A stretch of 64,000 bases of DNA, taken from Candidatus Moraniibacteriota bacterium (GTDB taxonomy: Bacteria > Patescibacteriota > Minisyncoccia > Moranbacterales > GCA-2747515). The notes beneath the pieces were generated by a model, which was not told the origin of the DNA, searched no databases, and was given only the letters and a program-made list of their open reading frames with translations. The translations under genes and the position numbers were made by a program. The stretch is from positions 2,762-66,761 of the forward strand of contig JAXGYI010000002.1 in the NCBI GenBank assembly GCA_040772365.1, given 5' to 3'. Of this stretch, positions 28,770 to 39,311 are shown one piece after another (position 1 is the stretch's first letter; each line of letters opens with the position of its first letter).

Positions 28770-28970
28770 CTTCCACCTCCTCTTCTTTGTTAAGGTACTA
28801 CGGTATTAAATGCTGGTTTCCCAATGAAACTGTTGACATTTCCAACACTCTCTTATATCATATACATAGCTATCTTGCAATAGCGTTTTTTGTCTATGAT
28901 GCATGGGTTTACATAATAGGCAAAAGAGTTGCATGAGGAACTTTATCTAATCCATTTAACACTTTTCAGT

Positions 28971-29381
28971 GTGCCTACAATCAATCAACTGAAGCGTCGT
29001 GCGCGGAAAAAGCAAATACGCAAGAATACAGCACCGGCAATGACGACAGTCTTTAATACACTCAAGAACAAACCTGTTAAATCGCAGGGTCCGTTTAAAC
29101 GTGGTGTGTGTCTGAAGGTGTCCACGACAACACCAAAAAAACCAAATTCCGCATTGCGTAAAATTGCACGTGTGCGCCTCACAAACGGCATGGAAGTCAC
29201 AGCGTATATCCCGGGTATCGGGCACAATCTGCAAGAGCACTCCATTGTGATGATTCGCGGTGGGCGTGTGAAGGATTTGCCAGGTGTACGGTATCACGTG
29301 GTGCGCGGCGTTCTTGACAGTGCCGGCGTAGCCGATCGCAGGCGCGGACGATCAAAATACGGCGCAAAGCGACCGAAGTAA
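28971..29381 (+). CDS. rpsL: 30S ribosomal protein S12 (probable GTG start)
   Basis: VPTINQL...KKPNSALRK...[13 protein letters not shown]. Confidence 0.9.
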   Translation: MPTINQLKRRARKKQIRKNTAPAMTTVFNTLKNKPVKSQGPFKRGVCLKVSTTTPKKPNSALRKIARVRLTNGMEVTAYIPGIGHNLQEHSIVMIRGGRVKDLPGVRYHVVRGVLDSAGVADRRRGRSKYGAKRPK

Positions 29382-29424
29382 TGTAGTATATTTTTGTAAT
29401 TTCTTTTTCTATTTTTCACAGACT

Positions 29425-29892
29425 ATGCCAAGACGTAAACGTGTATATAAGAAATCATGGCGACCAGATCCGGTGTACGACAATATTCTTGTCGGACGCT
29501 TTGTTGGTCAATTAACAGTGGATGGCAAGCGATCTACTGCGCAACGCATTGTGTATGATGCGTTTGATATCATCCATCAAAAAACCAATAAAGGCGGATT
29601 GAACGTCTTTGAACAGGCGATTAAAAATGTCTCTCCGCTTGTAGCGCTCAAATCACGCCGCGTGGGCGGTGCAAATTATCAAGTACCGGTGCCGATCATG
29701 GGTGACCGTCGCCAGGCATTGGCGATGCGATGGATTGCAGAAGCTTGTCGTAAAGCGAAAGGGAAAAGTGCGGCAGAAAAATTAGCGGCAGAGTTGATGG
29801 CTGCTGCAGAGAAGGAAGGTGCGGCAATGAAAAAGCGTGAAGAAACACATCGTATGGCAGAGGCAAATAAGGCATTTGCGCACTTTGCGTAA
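29425..29892 (+). CDS. rpsG: 30S ribosomal protein S7
   Basis: MPRRKRVYKK...DPVY...VDGKRSTAQRIVY. Confidence 0.9.
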   Translation: MPRRKRVYKKSWRPDPVYDNILVGRFVGQLTVDGKRSTAQRIVYDAFDIIHQKTNKGGLNVFEQAIKNVSPLVALKSRRVGGANYQVPVPIMGDRRQALAMRWIAEACRKAKGKSAAEKLAAELMAAAEKEGAAMKKREETHRMAEANKAFAHFA

Positions 29893-29927
29893 AGACATAT
29901 CATGGCTCACCTGTTTTATGGAGAGAT

Positions 29928-30848
29928 GTGGTAAAAAATGACAAAATAACACAACATATGAACAACGTATGGCGCCGATGTACTGAAGTGTGGAAGGTTG
30001 ATTTCCTAGCACGCTTTCTCGCTGATCTTCATAAGGATCTTCGTACAACGATTATTTTTTGGATTAGCATCAACCTTATTTTTGCAGGGGCGCTTTCTGT
30101 GAGCATGCTCGTGGCAATACTTGGCATTAAAGGTGAACTTCGCAATATTACACAGTCTGTCATACCAGATCACGCACGTATTGCTGTGGAAGACGGTGCG
30201 TTACGCATACAGAACATCCCCGATCCATCACTGCAGGATTTTCATGAAGACGATACGGGTGATTCTGCAGTGATCATTGTAGATACGCATGGTGATACCT
30301 ACGACATTACAACATTGGACACCTATACAGAAGGTGTAGCATTTTTTTCTGATAAGATGTATGTGAAGATGGATGACAAGATTGAGAGTATTGCATATCA
30401 GGGACTACCAAACTTCGGTATTTCCAAAGAGAAGCTCCTTGAAGGTATTGATCGCTACTTTGTTGCTACGGTAGTAGCCATTTCGGTTGTTGCTATGATT
30501 ATTCTGTGGCCGGCACTGATGATTGGGCGATCAATCATGGCATTGTGGTGGGCGGCAATTCTTCTTATTGTAGCACGAATTATGCATGTTGAGATTCCGT
30601 ATCGCACAGCATATCTCAGTGTGCTGAACTTTTACTTCGTACCAACACTTGTCATGATTGTGCTCATACCATTTGCCTTTGATGTGCCGTACCTCACGTC
30701 TGCTATTTTCCTTGCCGTGTTCATTGCAAATATCATATGGATGAATCGTAACACGCAAGCGGAAACAGCATCTCCTACACGTACGACAGACTCAAAAACA
30801 GCCGCGCAGCCAGATGCACGACATATCACACCATCAGATCGCGACTAG
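29928..30848 (+). CDS. hypothetical multi-pass membrane protein inserted between rpsG and fusA
   Basis: several TM helices; no known domain. Confidence 0.4.
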   Translation: MVKNDKITQHMNNVWRRCTEVWKVDFLARFLADLHKDLRTTIIFWISINLIFAGALSVSMLVAILGIKGELRNITQSVIPDHARIAVEDGALRIQNIPDPSLQDFHEDDTGDSAVIIVDTHGDTYDITTLDTYTEGVAFFSDKMYVKMDDKIESIAYQGLPNFGISKEKLLEGIDRYFVATVVAISVVAMIILWPALMIGRSIMALWWAAILLIVARIMHVEIPYRTAYLSVLNFYFVPTLVMIVLIPFAFDVPYLTSAIFLAVFIANIIWMNRNTQAETASPTRTTDSKTAAQPDARHITPSDRD

Positions 30849-30910
30849 CGGTACAATGCAAAGTATAAACTATTATTTGTTCACATAAACTAATCAACAA
30901 GTACACTCTT

Positions 30911-33010
30911 ATGAGCAGAAAAACCCCACTCCACCATTTGCGCAACATTGGTATTATCGCGCATATTGATGCAGGAAAAACAACGACAACCGAACGTATT
31001 CTCTTTTACACAGGCATTTCACATAAAATGGGCGAGACGCATGAGGGTGCCGCTGTGATGGATTGGATGGAGCAGGAACGTGAGCGTGGCATTACAATTA
31101 CATCAGCAGCAACAACGACGTTTTGGAGAGAGTATCAGGTCAATATCATTGATACACCAGGTCACGTGGACTTTACGGTAGAGGTGGAACGATCTATGCG
31201 CGTACTGGATGGTGGCGTGGTGGTGTTTGACGGGAAAGAGGGTGTGGAGCCACAATCGGAAACTGTCTGGCGCCAGGCAGATAAGTATAAAGTGCCACGC
31301 GTATGCTTTATTAATAAGATTGATAAAGAGGGGGCGGATTTTGAACGTGCACTTGCATCGATCCATGAACGCTTGACGCCGCACGCCGTTGCAGCGCAAA
31401 TGCCAGTTGGTGAATGCAGTGCATTTGAAGGTGTTATCGATCTTGTAACGATGAAGAAGGTCACTTTTGCGGGACAGATGGGTGAGCAGGTCGTCACGGA
31501 GGAGTGTCCAGAGGAATTGAAGGAAAAAGCACTTGCGTTACGGGAAAAACTTGTAGAAAAAGCTGCAGAGCAAGATGATGTTGTAATGGAAAAATATCTT
31601 GGCGGTGAGGACGTGACAGAGGAGGAACTAAAAGCGGCGATTCGTAAGGGTGTCATTAACACCACATTGATTCCTGTTTTTACTGGTACAGCACTACAAA
31701 ATAAGGGTGTGCAACTCGTTCTCGATGCTGTTGTGGATTACTTACCTGCACCAGATGAAATTCCAGCAATTATTGGAACAGACCCTAAGGATCCTGACAA
31801 GCAATTGGAACGCACTGTGTCCGATGAGGAGCCTTTTGCTGCCCTTGCGTTTAAGGTGGCGACAGATCCTTTTGTGGGGCAGCTAGTGTTTTTCCGTATC
31901 TATTCTGGTTCGCTGAAATCAGGGTCTTACGTGTACAATCCAACAAGTGAGAAAAAAGAGCGCATCGGGCGAATTTTACGCATGCACTCGAATAATCGTG
32001 AAGAGGTGGAGGAGTTACATGCAGGGGAGATTGGTGCCATTGTTGGTCTGAAGAACACCAAAACAGGTGATACACTCTGCGATCCTGCTAATCAAATTGT
32101 ATTGGAGTCCATTGAGTTTCCAGAACCCGTAATCAAAATTGCCGTTGAACCGAAAACCAAGGCAGATCAAGAAAGAATGGCAATTGCACTTGGAAAGCTA
32201 TCCGAAGAAGATCCGACATTTCGCGTCAATACCGATGAAGAAACCGGGCAAACCATTATTGCTGGTATGGGAGAGCTACATTTGGATATTATCGTTGATC
32301 GGATGCGTCGCGAGTTTAAGGTAGAGGCAAATATCGGGCAACCGCAGGTGTCCTATCGCGAGACGATTACACAGGAGGCGACGGGTGAAGGGAAGTTTAT
32401 CAAGCAATCTGGTGGACGTGGTCAGTACGGGCACTGCTGGGTGCGTGTTACGCCCCAAGAGGCCGGCACGGGGTTTGCATTTGTGGATGAGATTAAGGGG
32501 GGTGTGATTCCACAGGAATATATCAAGCCAATTCAGCAGGGCATCAAAGAGGCAATGGACAATGGCGTGATTGCGGGGTATCCGATGGTAGATGTTACTG
32601 TTACTGTGTATGACGGCAGTTATCATGATGTTGACTCTTCGGAGGCGGCGTTTAAAATTGCTGGATCGATGGCATTTAAAGCTGCTGTACGCAATGCACA
32701 GCCGATTCTCTTGGAGCCGATTATGGCAGTGCAGATCTTGACGCCGGAAAACTTCATGGGCGATGTTGTTGGAGATGTGAATGCTAAGCGTGGAGTCATT
32801 AAAGAAATGAACGATCGTGGTGAAGGTATGAGCGCGTTGAAGGAAATTAGCGCAGAGGTACCACTGGCATCCATGTTTGGCTATGCAACACAACTGCGAT
32901 CTATGTCACAGGGACGCGCAAACTATTCCATGGAATTTAGTCATTATGCACAAGTCCCCAATAATATTGCGCAGGAGATTATGGGTGACACGGAAAAGAA
33001 AGAGCGCTAA
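30911..33010 (+). CDS. fusA: elongation factor G
   Basis: [27 protein letters not shown], 699 aa. Confidence 0.95.
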   Translation: MSRKTPLHHLRNIGIIAHIDAGKTTTTERILFYTGISHKMGETHEGAAVMDWMEQERERGITITSAATTTFWREYQVNIIDTPGHVDFTVEVERSMRVLDGGVVVFDGKEGVEPQSETVWRQADKYKVPRVCFINKIDKEGADFERALASIHERLTPHAVAAQMPVGECSAFEGVIDLVTMKKVTFAGQMGEQVVTEECPEELKEKALALREKLVEKAAEQDDVVMEKYLGGEDVTEEELKAAIRKGVINTTLIPVFTGTALQNKGVQLVLDAVVDYLPAPDEIPAIIGTDPKDPDKQLERTVSDEEPFAALAFKVATDPFVGQLVFFRIYSGSLKSGSYVYNPTSEKKERIGRILRMHSNNREEVEELHAGEIGAIVGLKNTKTGDTLCDPANQIVLESIEFPEPVIKIAVEPKTKADQERMAIALGKLSEEDPTFRVNTDEETGQTIIAGMGELHLDIIVDRMRREFKVEANIGQPQVSYRETITQEATGEGKFIKQSGGRGQYGHCWVRVTPQEAGTGFAFVDEIKGGVIPQEYIKPIQQGIKEAMDNGVIAGYPMVDVTVTVYDGSYHDVDSSEAAFKIAGSMAFKAAVRNAQPILLEPIMAVQILTPENFMGDVVGDVNAKRGVIKEMNDRGEGMSALKEISAEVPLASMFGYATQLRSMSQGRANYSMEFSHYAQVPNNIAQEIMGDTEKKER

Positions 33011-33043
33011 TACCACATCTCTCACCTTGCACTATAGCAACAC

Positions 33044-33072
33044 AAAAAACAACCCATCACGGGTTGTTTTTG
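33044..33072. terminator. bidirectional intrinsic terminator between convergent fusA and cspA
   Basis: AAAAAA-caaccc-atcac-gggttg-TTTTT, a palindromic hairpin with A-run and T-run. Confidence 0.7.
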
Positions 33073-33116
33073 CTGTACGGGGCAAACAAAGCGTTTGCAG
33101 TGTACACGTTGCGTCA

Positions 33117-33317
33117 TTACGCGCGCGCAACATCTGTAGCGCTCAGGCCTTTTGGACCTTCCGTTACCTCATATGTCACGTCGTCGCCTTCTTGAAGATC
33201 ATTGAAATCAACACCTTGCAATGCAGAAGCGTGGAAGAAAATATCCTTCTCACCTTCGCCCTGCGAGATGAAGCCAAAGCCTCGATCATTGAGACGAACG
33301 ATTTTGCCTTTGTTCAT
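33117..33317 (-). CDS. cold-shock protein (CspA family)
   Basis: MNKGKIVRLNDRGFGFI...DIFFHASAL with RNP1/RNP2 motifs. Confidence 0.85.
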   Translation of the reverse strand: MNKGKIVRLNDRGFGFISQGEGEKDIFFHASALQGVDFNDLQEGDDVTYEVTEGPKGLSATDVARA

Positions 33318-33597
33318 CGTTGTGGCAAAATTAGTTTTTTAACATTTCAAATCCAAGAATCTGCGTGAAAACTTCGACGAATGGTCTCGTAACAGCTCTG
33401 GTTTGACTTCCCGCAGTATAGCATACTAAACATTTTTTGTCCACTATTGACAAAATAGATATTCTTTGATGCTGTGAAAAACCGTTTTTTAACAAAGATA
33501 TGAGACTTATGACTCGCACAAGTCTATGCTCATCTTCCAAAAAATGGTGAGTGATGCAAAGAAACAAGGGTGAATTGTGAATCTATGAACCTCTACG

Positions 33598-33630
33598 ACG
33601 GACGTGTTATTATGCAGGTCCGTTTTTTTT
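33598..33630 (+). terminator. terminator-like hairpin + T8 immediately upstream of lysS (possible leader attenuator)
   Basis: acggac-N14-gtccgt followed by TTTTTTTT, about 45 nt before the lysS ATG. Confidence 0.4.
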
Positions 33631-33673
33631 ATTGCCATTTTCTCTTTTTTGCGGTACAGTGAGGAGAGTGACA

Positions 33674-35167
33674 ATGATTTCATCATCTTTTATGACACAT
33701 GAAACTGTGCAGCCGCTGTCGGAATATGCGGAGCGACGGGAGAAGTTGCAGGCATTGCGGGCGCATGATATTGCCCCGTATCCGTCGGCAAGTGAGAAGG
33801 GGATGGCGATTGCCGCGGCGCTTGCGGATTTTGACGCTTTGGAAAAAGACGCAGTACCAGTGACACTGTGCGGGCGCATCCGTTCCAAGCGTACACATGG
33901 GAATTTGTCGTTTGCCGACGTAGAAGATGCTAGTGGGCGCATCCAGGTTGCGCTGTCAAAAAAGGATATACCCGACACGTATAAGACGTTTGTAAAATTG
34001 ATTGACGTTGGAGATTTTGTACAGATCAGCGGTGTGCTGTTTGTGACTAAGGCGGGGCAGCAAACTATCATGACGCATGAGTGGAAACTGCTTGCTAAGG
34101 CGCTACGTGCAATGCCTACAGAGCATTTCGGATTGAAAGACGAGGAGGCACGCTACCGTTTGCGGTATGTAGATATGGCACTCAATCCCGCAGTGCGTGC
34201 ACTTTTTGTACGACGGGCGAAGTTTTGGCAGGTGGTACGCACGTTTATGACGGCGCGCGGGTTTTTGGAGGTAGAGACGCCGACGTTAGAAGTTACGACC
34301 GGTGGTGCGGAGGCGCGTCCATTTGCTACGCATCACAATGATTTTGATCTAGATGTATATTTGCGTATCAGTATTGGCGAATTATGGCAGAAGCGACTCA
34401 TGGTGGCGGGGTTTGAAAAGGTATTTGAGATCGGTCGCGCATTTCGCAATGAGGGATCAAGCCCTAATCACCTGCAGGAGTTTACTAATATGGAATTCTA
34501 TTGGGCGTATGCGGACTATCGCGACGGCATGCGGTTGGCGCAGGAGCTGTATCGTCAGATCGCACAGGAAGTTTATAATACCACACGCTTTACGGCGCGC
34601 GGGCTAACTTTTGACCTTGCCGATGAGTGGCGTGAAATTGACTATGTGACGGAGATTGAAGATCAGACTGGTGTGAATGTGGTGACGGCGCCGGAGAAAG
34701 TGCTGCGCGCGGCATTGGATGAACGACATGTGGCGTTTGACGGTGACAGTCGCGAGCGCATGACAGATGCGTTATGGAAGTATTGTCGTAAAAATATCGC
34801 TGGCCCGGCATTTTTAGTGGGGCATCCAGTGCTGATGGCACCGCTTGCCAAGCGGATGGCGGACAATCCCGAAAAAGCGGAAAAATTTCAGATCATTTTA
34901 GGTGGGGCGGAAGTAGGGAACGGTTACAGCGAGCTCAATGATCCACTTGATCAACGTGCGCGGTTTGAGCAGCAGCAGGCGCTACTTGAAGCGGGTGATG
35001 AGGAGGCGATGATGGCAGATTGGGATTTCGTGGAAGCACTGGAGTACGGCATGCCACCAACATGCGGGTTCGGTGTGGGGGAGCGACTCTTTGCCTTTTT
35101 GGAAGACAAGCCGTTGCGCGAGGTGACCCTCTTTCCACTGATGAAGCCACGACAGGAGGATGTGTAA
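33674..35167 (+). CDS. lysS: lysyl-tRNA synthetase (class II)
   Basis: FEIGRAFRNEG (motif 2), EFTNMEFYWAY, GFGVGERL (motif 3). Confidence 0.9.
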   Translation: MISSSFMTHETVQPLSEYAERREKLQALRAHDIAPYPSASEKGMAIAAALADFDALEKDAVPVTLCGRIRSKRTHGNLSFADVEDASGRIQVALSKKDIPDTYKTFVKLIDVGDFVQISGVLFVTKAGQQTIMTHEWKLLAKALRAMPTEHFGLKDEEARYRLRYVDMALNPAVRALFVRRAKFWQVVRTFMTARGFLEVETPTLEVTTGGAEARPFATHHNDFDLDVYLRISIGELWQKRLMVAGFEKVFEIGRAFRNEGSSPNHLQEFTNMEFYWAYADYRDGMRLAQELYRQIAQEVYNTTRFTARGLTFDLADEWREIDYVTEIEDQTGVNVVTAPEKVLRAALDERHVAFDGDSRERMTDALWKYCRKNIAGPAFLVGHPVLMAPLAKRMADNPEKAEKFQIILGGAEVGNGYSELNDPLDQRARFEQQQALLEAGDEEAMMADWDFVEALEYGMPPTCGFGVGERLFAFLEDKPLREVTLFPLMKPRQEDV

Positions 35168-35185
35168 GTGTAGAAATGCAGATCT

Positions 35186-35590
35186 ATGAAAAAAGTGATG
35201 GTATTTGGAACATTTGATGGGCTACATGCAGGACACTGTCATTTTTTTGAGCAGGCGCGTGAGCATGGAGACTGGCTGATTGCCGTCGTTGCACGCGATG
35301 AGACCGTTGCGCGTGTCAAGGGGCGATTGCCGCGACGCGATATTGCCGATCGGATCAGAGATGTTCTTGCATGTGGATTAGCCCATGATGTTGTAATGGG
35401 CAATCTCGATCAAGATAAAACGGCAATTATTTGCACATATACGCCAGATATTATTTTTTTGGGATATGATCAAATGGCATTTGTAGATGATGTATATGCA
35501 TTGCAAAAATCATCAGCGTGCAACTTTATGATTGTGTGGGGACAACCTTATAAACCGGATGTCTATAAGTCATCATTACTGAATGCATGA
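35186..35590 (+). CDS. cytidylyltransferase-like nucleotidyltransferase (HxGH; FAD synthetase/TagD-like)
   Basis: VFGTFDGLHAGH motif. Confidence 0.55.
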   Translation: MKKVMVFGTFDGLHAGHCHFFEQAREHGDWLIAVVARDETVARVKGRLPRRDIADRIRDVLACGLAHDVVMGNLDQDKTAIICTYTPDIIFLGYDQMAFVDDVYALQKSSACNFMIVWGQPYKPDVYKSSLLNA

Positions 35591-35642
35591 GGCTGCACAG
35601 AAACACCACATTATAATCTAACTGAATTACGTAGTATACGTT

Positions 35643-36611
35643 ATGATACTCGATGATGTTACAATTGATGCACGGGCAGGAAAGGGCGGCGATGGTGTTG
35701 TGCGCTTTGCCAAGGCGAAGTTTGATCAAGGTCCAACGGGCGGTAACGGCGGGCGTGGCGGCAATGTCATTTTACGTGGCGTGTCTGATCTTGGTGCCCT
35801 GCGACCTTTTCGGCAAAAAAAGAGTGTTGCGGCACACGATGGCGGGGATGGAGAGCAGAATACCAGAAGTGGCAAAGATGGTGCGGATGTTGTAGTGCCT
35901 GTGCCTGTGGGTACAGTTGCCACAGATCTGACGAATGACAAGGTTTATGATATTGTCTCTGTGGGGCAGGAGGTTGTTGTGGCGCGTGGAGGTAACGGTG
36001 GCTTTGGTAATCATCATTTTCGCTCCAGTCGTAATACGTCGCCAAAAATCGCCAAACCCGGGCAACCTGGTGAAGTAATTCGCCTGCGATTGGAACTGAA
36101 GATGATTGCCGATGTTGGTCTTGTGGGATACCCTAATGTGGGAAAATCCAATTTCCTTAATGCCGTCACCAATGCGCAGTCCAAGGTGGGGGACTATCAC
36201 TTCACGACACTGGAGCCACACCTCGGTGTATATTATGGTTTGATCTTAGCGGATATTCCAGGACTCATTGAAGGTGCGGCAGATGGTAAGGGATTGGGGC
36301 ATAAATTTTTGCGTCACATTGAGCGTACGCGTGTACTATTTCACTTTGTAGACGCATCCAGTACACGTCCCGTTACAGATTATCGTGCGATTCGTAAAGA
36401 GTTGCACAAATTTAACCCGAAGCTTACGGAAAAACCTGAGTGGATTATTGTGAGCCGTGCTGATAATGTCTCACAAAAAAGCGTGAATGCAACAGTGCGG
36501 AAATTACAAAAAATCAACCCGCAAACAATGGCACTTTCTGTGCTTGACGATACACTCCTGCACCAAATAAAAAAACTTCTTAATACAATCAATCATGAAC
36601 GATATCTCTAG
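35643..36611 (+). CDS. obg: GTPase Obg (short form without TGS domain)
   Basis: Gly-rich Obg fold GGDGVVRF...GGNGGRGGNV; G-domain GYPNVGKSN, DIPGLIEGA. Confidence 0.9.
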   Translation: MILDDVTIDARAGKGGDGVVRFAKAKFDQGPTGGNGGRGGNVILRGVSDLGALRPFRQKKSVAAHDGGDGEQNTRSGKDGADVVVPVPVGTVATDLTNDKVYDIVSVGQEVVVARGGNGGFGNHHFRSSRNTSPKIAKPGQPGEVIRLRLELKMIADVGLVGYPNVGKSNFLNAVTNAQSKVGDYHFTTLEPHLGVYYGLILADIPGLIEGAADGKGLGHKFLRHIERTRVLFHFVDASSTRPVTDYRAIRKELHKFNPKLTEKPEWIIVSRADNVSQKSVNATVRKLQKINPQTMALSVLDDTLLHQIKKLLNTINHERYL

Positions 36612-37725
36612 AACATTCTCATCACGCACAACGCTGCAACGCATAAAGAGCGTGACAATTGCAAGTGCCATAATTATTCTTTTTTGCGGAATGTGCGCAC
36701 ATGGTTTTTACGCCGTACAAACATGGCGAGCAGTGCGTGCACAAAAACAATCCGAGCGCGCTACTGCGGAAATTCTTGCCACGCTTCCTGCATGGCACAA
36801 GAAGGTGAGAACTGATCAAGTAACGCGCTTTGGGATTATTACAGATACCCATATTCATGCAATGCGTGTACAGCGTTCGGACCAGAGAAATGATGCTCCG
36901 CGCAAACTCAAGAGTGTTGACGCAGATGTTTTGCGGCGCTTTACAGCGCATGCACAAAAAGAGCAATTTTCTTTCCTAATGCACATGGGTGATGTGATTG
37001 AGGGCACGGGTGAGGAAAATGTCGCTGCGATGACAATGGTGGCGTTAGTTAAAGCGGCACTGGATAAGGCGCAGCTCCCCATTTATTGGTCCATCGGTAA
37101 TCATGACTTGCGTGCTGTGACAAAGGAGCAGTTTCGCGATATTGTTGATCAGCCGGCACTGAACTACGCATGGGATGACGGTGATTATCGTTTTATTGTA
37201 CTGGATCTCAATGAGGATAAAACTGTGGAGGAAATTTCGGAGGATGTCAATCATGGTTACCCTGTAGATGAGACATCGGAAGATGATCCTGCAGCGGATG
37301 ATGATCCAAATGAAGATGGCGATCTCCCACCTGGCACAATACGATGGTTACGGGAGCAGCTCTCAACAGAGAAGCGCGTTTTTATTTTCTGTCACTATCC
37401 CTTTGATACAAAAACGATTACGAGTGCGGATGGTGCTGCGAAAAGAAAAATGCCCTTTGCCGCACAGATGCGCGATCTCTTTCGGGAGTATCGTGTGGAT
37501 GGAGCATTTAGTGGGCACGTTGAGGCAAAGTCATATTTTCAAGATGCGCAAACGCGATACTATCTCTTTACAGGAACAAAGAAAAGTAAAACATATCCAC
37601 AAGGCTACTATGATGTGACGATTTCTGCTGGTGTGCCAGATGTGACAATGTACTACACAGATCCGGTCACAGGTGAATTACGCGTTGATGACTTTGGAGA
37701 TGGGGAGCATGATGTTCTCCAATAG
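36595..37725 (+). CDS. calcineurin-like metallophosphoesterase
   Basis: GIITDTHIH, GDVIEG, GNHD motifs; N-terminal TM. Confidence 0.65.
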   Translation: MNDISRTFSSRTTLQRIKSVTIASAIIILFCGMCAHGFYAVQTWRAVRAQKQSERATAEILATLPAWHKKVRTDQVTRFGIITDTHIHAMRVQRSDQRNDAPRKLKSVDADVLRRFTAHAQKEQFSFLMHMGDVIEGTGEENVAAMTMVALVKAALDKAQLPIYWSIGNHDLRAVTKEQFRDIVDQPALNYAWDDGDYRFIVLDLNEDKTVEEISEDVNHGYPVDETSEDDPAADDDPNEDGDLPPGTIRWLREQLSTEKRVFIFCHYPFDTKTITSADGAAKRKMPFAAQMRDLFREYRVDGAFSGHVEAKSYFQDAQTRYYLFTGTKKSKTYPQGYYDVTISAGVPDVTMYYTDPVTGELRVDDFGDGEHDVLQ

Positions 37726-37818
37726 CTGCGTAGGGTGTGAATCTTTGTGAAAATGCAGTACACTGAGTGCATAGCTAAACGTAATGTTTGACATATTATT
37801 TACTAGCGACGAAACCAT

Positions 37819-39150
37819 ATGCTTGATATCACATATATTCGCAATCATGCCGATGCTGTACAAAAAGCCGCAGAAGAGAAAAATATAAAACTTTCTGTTG
37901 CGGAACTTCTAGTGCGTGATGAAGCGCGTCTCGCACTTTTACGTGAAGTAGAGCAGCTGCACGCGCAGAAAAATGCCTTAAATGATCGCATTGCGCGTGC
38001 GTCCACGGAAGAGCGTGCAACTCTCATTGCTGAGGGCAAAACAATTAAGGAACGCATCGATCTTCTGCAGCCACAATTGCGTGCTGCAGATGCAGCATTT
38101 CACGCATTGATGGTGCTGGTGCCAACAGTGCCAGCAGATGATGTGCCGCGCGGCAAAGATGATCGTGACAATATTGTAGTTGATCAAAATGGTGAGAAGC
38201 CACAATTTGATTTCACGCCAAAAGATCACATTGCGATCGGTAAGGCACTGGATATTGTTGACTTTGATCGCGGAGTAAAGGTAGCTGGCTATCGTGGATA
38301 TTATGTGAAAGGTGATGGCGCTGCGTTGATGATGGCGTTGATGCTCTATGCGTTTCATAAAATTATCGCCAAGGGCTTTACGCCGATGATTCCGCCGACA
38401 CTAGTGAAGGAGTTTGCACTTTTTGGCAGTGGGTACTTCAAGGGCGCGTCGTATGACCCACAGGTAGACGAGATTTACCAAGTAGCGAATCGCGGTAAGG
38501 AGGTTGATGGTGCGGACACAAAGGAGCGGAAATTTTTGGTAGGTACAGCGGAACCGTCGCTGTTGGCATACCATGCCAATGAAATTATGGACGTAGATCA
38601 GTTGCCGCTAAAATTGTGTGGATTTAGTCAATGTTATCGTAGTGAAATCGGTAGCTATGGTAAGGACACGAAAGGAATGTACCGCGTGCATGAGTTTATG
38701 AAGATTGAACAAGTGGTGCTTGCACCGGCAGATGTGGATGCAAGTGAGATGCTGCAACAAGAAATGGTGGCGATTTCGGAGGGTATTCATGCAGAGCTGG
38801 GCTTGCCGTATCGCAAGCTGGCGATTTGCACAGGCGATATGGGAACGGGGAAGTATCGACAGTTTGATTTGGAGGCGTGGATGCCGGGACTCAATCGTTG
38901 GGGCGAGACGGGCAGTGCGTCAAACTTCTTGGATTGGCAATCGCGCCGTCTCAATGTGCGTTATAAGGATAAAGACGGCAAGAAGAAGTATGTTTATATG
39001 CTCAATAATACCGTTTTACCATCGCCGCGTCCCTTTATTGCGATTCTGGAAAACTTTCAGCAGTCTGACGGCAGTGTCATTATTCCGGAGGTCTTGCGCC
39101 CTTATATGCCCGGTGGGAAGAGTGTGCTTATTCCACCACAGCGTGCGTAG
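37819..39150 (+). CDS. serS: seryl-tRNA synthetase
   Basis: N-terminal coiled coil; class II motifs ...YRSEIGS..., GETGSASN. Confidence 0.9.
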   Translation: MLDITYIRNHADAVQKAAEEKNIKLSVAELLVRDEARLALLREVEQLHAQKNALNDRIARASTEERATLIAEGKTIKERIDLLQPQLRAADAAFHALMVLVPTVPADDVPRGKDDRDNIVVDQNGEKPQFDFTPKDHIAIGKALDIVDFDRGVKVAGYRGYYVKGDGAALMMALMLYAFHKIIAKGFTPMIPPTLVKEFALFGSGYFKGASYDPQVDEIYQVANRGKEVDGADTKERKFLVGTAEPSLLAYHANEIMDVDQLPLKLCGFSQCYRSEIGSYGKDTKGMYRVHEFMKIEQVVLAPADVDASEMLQQEMVAISEGIHAELGLPYRKLAICTGDMGTGKYRQFDLEAWMPGLNRWGETGSASNFLDWQSRRLNVRYKDKDGKKKYVYMLNNTVLPSPRPFIAILENFQQSDGSVIIPEVLRPYMPGGKSVLIPPQRA

Positions 39151-39311
39151 GGATAGAGTGCCGTAGCATCATCTTGGAGTACATTTTTTTGACAAAACTG
39201 CAAAAATAGTTTACACTGCCAGGCTATTCACATCATGTGAGATAGTGTTGTTTTTTGACAAGTAAAGAGGATATATTTCAATACATTGCAAAGGGCAAGG
39301 GGAGGTTGACG

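Noticed and set aside
33330-33600. T-box riboswitch upstream of lysS
   Set aside because: Only a loose AGGGTGA resemblance to the T-box consensus was seen. No clear specifier loop or antiterminator was found. It is downgraded to a speculative attenuator hairpin.
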